The notes under the pieces are model-generated. The model was not told the origin of the DNA and did no database searches. It saw nothing but the letters and a program-made list of their open reading frames with translations. This document shows positions 36,691 through 37,263 of a stretch of 37,263 bases of DNA, piece after piece (the stretch's first letter is position 1; each line of letters starts with the position of its first letter). The position numbers were made by a program, and so were the translations under genes. Source of the DNA: a virus (lineage: Duplodnaviria > Caudoviricetes); IMG/VR virus record IMGVR_UViG_3300037423_001354, positions 1 to 37,263 of that record; one strand, given 5' to 3'.

Positions 36691-37067
36691 TGGGACCACA
36701 AAATCAACAGACTATTGTTAAGCTCCTATCATCCGATCCGCCAAAAGTGTCGGTCGGTTTCAAGACATCAACTGTCAGTGACGTTGCATATGAAAACAAG
36801 GTGCAAATCTCATATTTGATAAGCGCCAGAGTGGCTAACGTGAGTGGTGCAGATGCAACTGTTACAGCGAAATGGTATAATTCGAAAAACGCAACTGACT
36901 ACACATTAGCGAACGCAATCAAGGTTCCTGTAAATTCATATCTGACTATCAATTTGGATGACCTGACGACATTAACAGGCGACAAGCTGAAAATAACAGG
37001 ATCAGCTAACAACGCTTTTCATTGCATTGTGACCGTCAAGGAACTTAGTTCCAGAAACACCGGATAA
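36690..37067 (+). CDS. Hypothetical virion protein
   Basis: Beta-rich; L..GDKLK motif; TAATG coupling. Confidence 0.6.
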   Translation: MGPQNQQTIVKLLSSDPPKVSVGFKTSTVSDVAYENKVQISYLISARVANVSGADATVTAKWYNSKNATDYTLANAIKVPVNSYLTINLDDLTTLTGDKLKITGSANNAFHCIVTVKELSSRNTG

Positions 37068-37086
37068 TCGTAAGAAACAGCATCGG

Positions 37087-37122
37087 CTAAATAGTAGTTC
37101 AAAGGATAAAGGAGCTACTATT
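37087..37122 (+). promoter_or_regulatory. CTAAATA promoter overlapping an 11-bp RBS/start-occluding hairpin
   Basis: AATAGTAGTTC (37090-37100) pairs with GAGCTACTATT (37112-37122). Confidence 0.75.
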
Positions 37123-37263
37123 GAGTTGGTCACATAACGGTCTGACGTTGGAACTTACAACGGATATGACGCAGGAGGAAATTGCTCCTCACTGGAATGA
37201 TATCCTAGCCTGTTTCGAAAAATACGTTGAACGTTTTCCAGATCATGAAACCGTAGAAAACAT
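37121..37263 (+). CDS. 5' part of the gene that continues at 12..449
   Basis: SD AAGGAG and TTG start; in frame across the junction. Confidence 0.7.
   Translation, partial: MSWSHNGLTLELTTDMTQEEIAPHWNDILACFEKYVERFPDHETVEN
37137..37263. repeat. Right copy of 127-bp terminal overlap
   Basis: Identical to 1-127. Confidence 0.95.

Larger units (their letters stand above)
1..37263. mobile_element. Complete circular temperate podovirus-like genome or satellite of an alphaproteobacterial host
   Basis: Terminal 127-bp overlap; TerS-TerL-portal-scaffold-MCP-adaptor-hub-ejection-fibre gene order; tyrosine integrase; alpha-type LexA box. Confidence 0.9.

Noticed and set aside
37137-37263. Biological terminal repeat
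   Set aside because: It is exactly 127 bp and falls mid-gene, so an assembler circular overlap explains it best.

Overview
The window is a complete circular phage-like genome of about 37,136 bp. Bases 1-127 recur at 37137-37263, an assembly overlap. The host is an alphaproteobacterium, probably Rhizobiales, judged from a GAAC-N7-GAAC LexA box, an IHF-beta homologue and a rhizobial-type ATP-dependent ligase and integrase. It encodes a full P22-like podovirus virion: TerS/TerL, portal, scaffold, DUF5309-type major capsid, adaptor, tail hub, ejection proteins, tail lysozyme and two tail fibres. It also carries a tyrosine integrase, a GIY-YIG endonuclease, three HNH-AP2 proteins and an iteron-like repeat cluster. 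I recognise no repressor, sigma factor or RNA polymerase, replicative polymerase, helicase, primase or endolysin. Most operons are preceded by a T4-late-promoter-like (C/A)TAAATA box, about 17 sites in all, with no recognisable -35. Several boxes overlap RBS-occluding hairpins of the kind T4 uses for late genes. My main hypothesis, an inference, is an integrated virion-encoding satellite that a T4-like helper phage's late sigma factor switches on. Other signals are a candidate anti-SD sRNA, a promoter-cassette array, multi-hairpin leaders and an IHF lacking its intercalating proline. All family calls are by eye; no database was searched.
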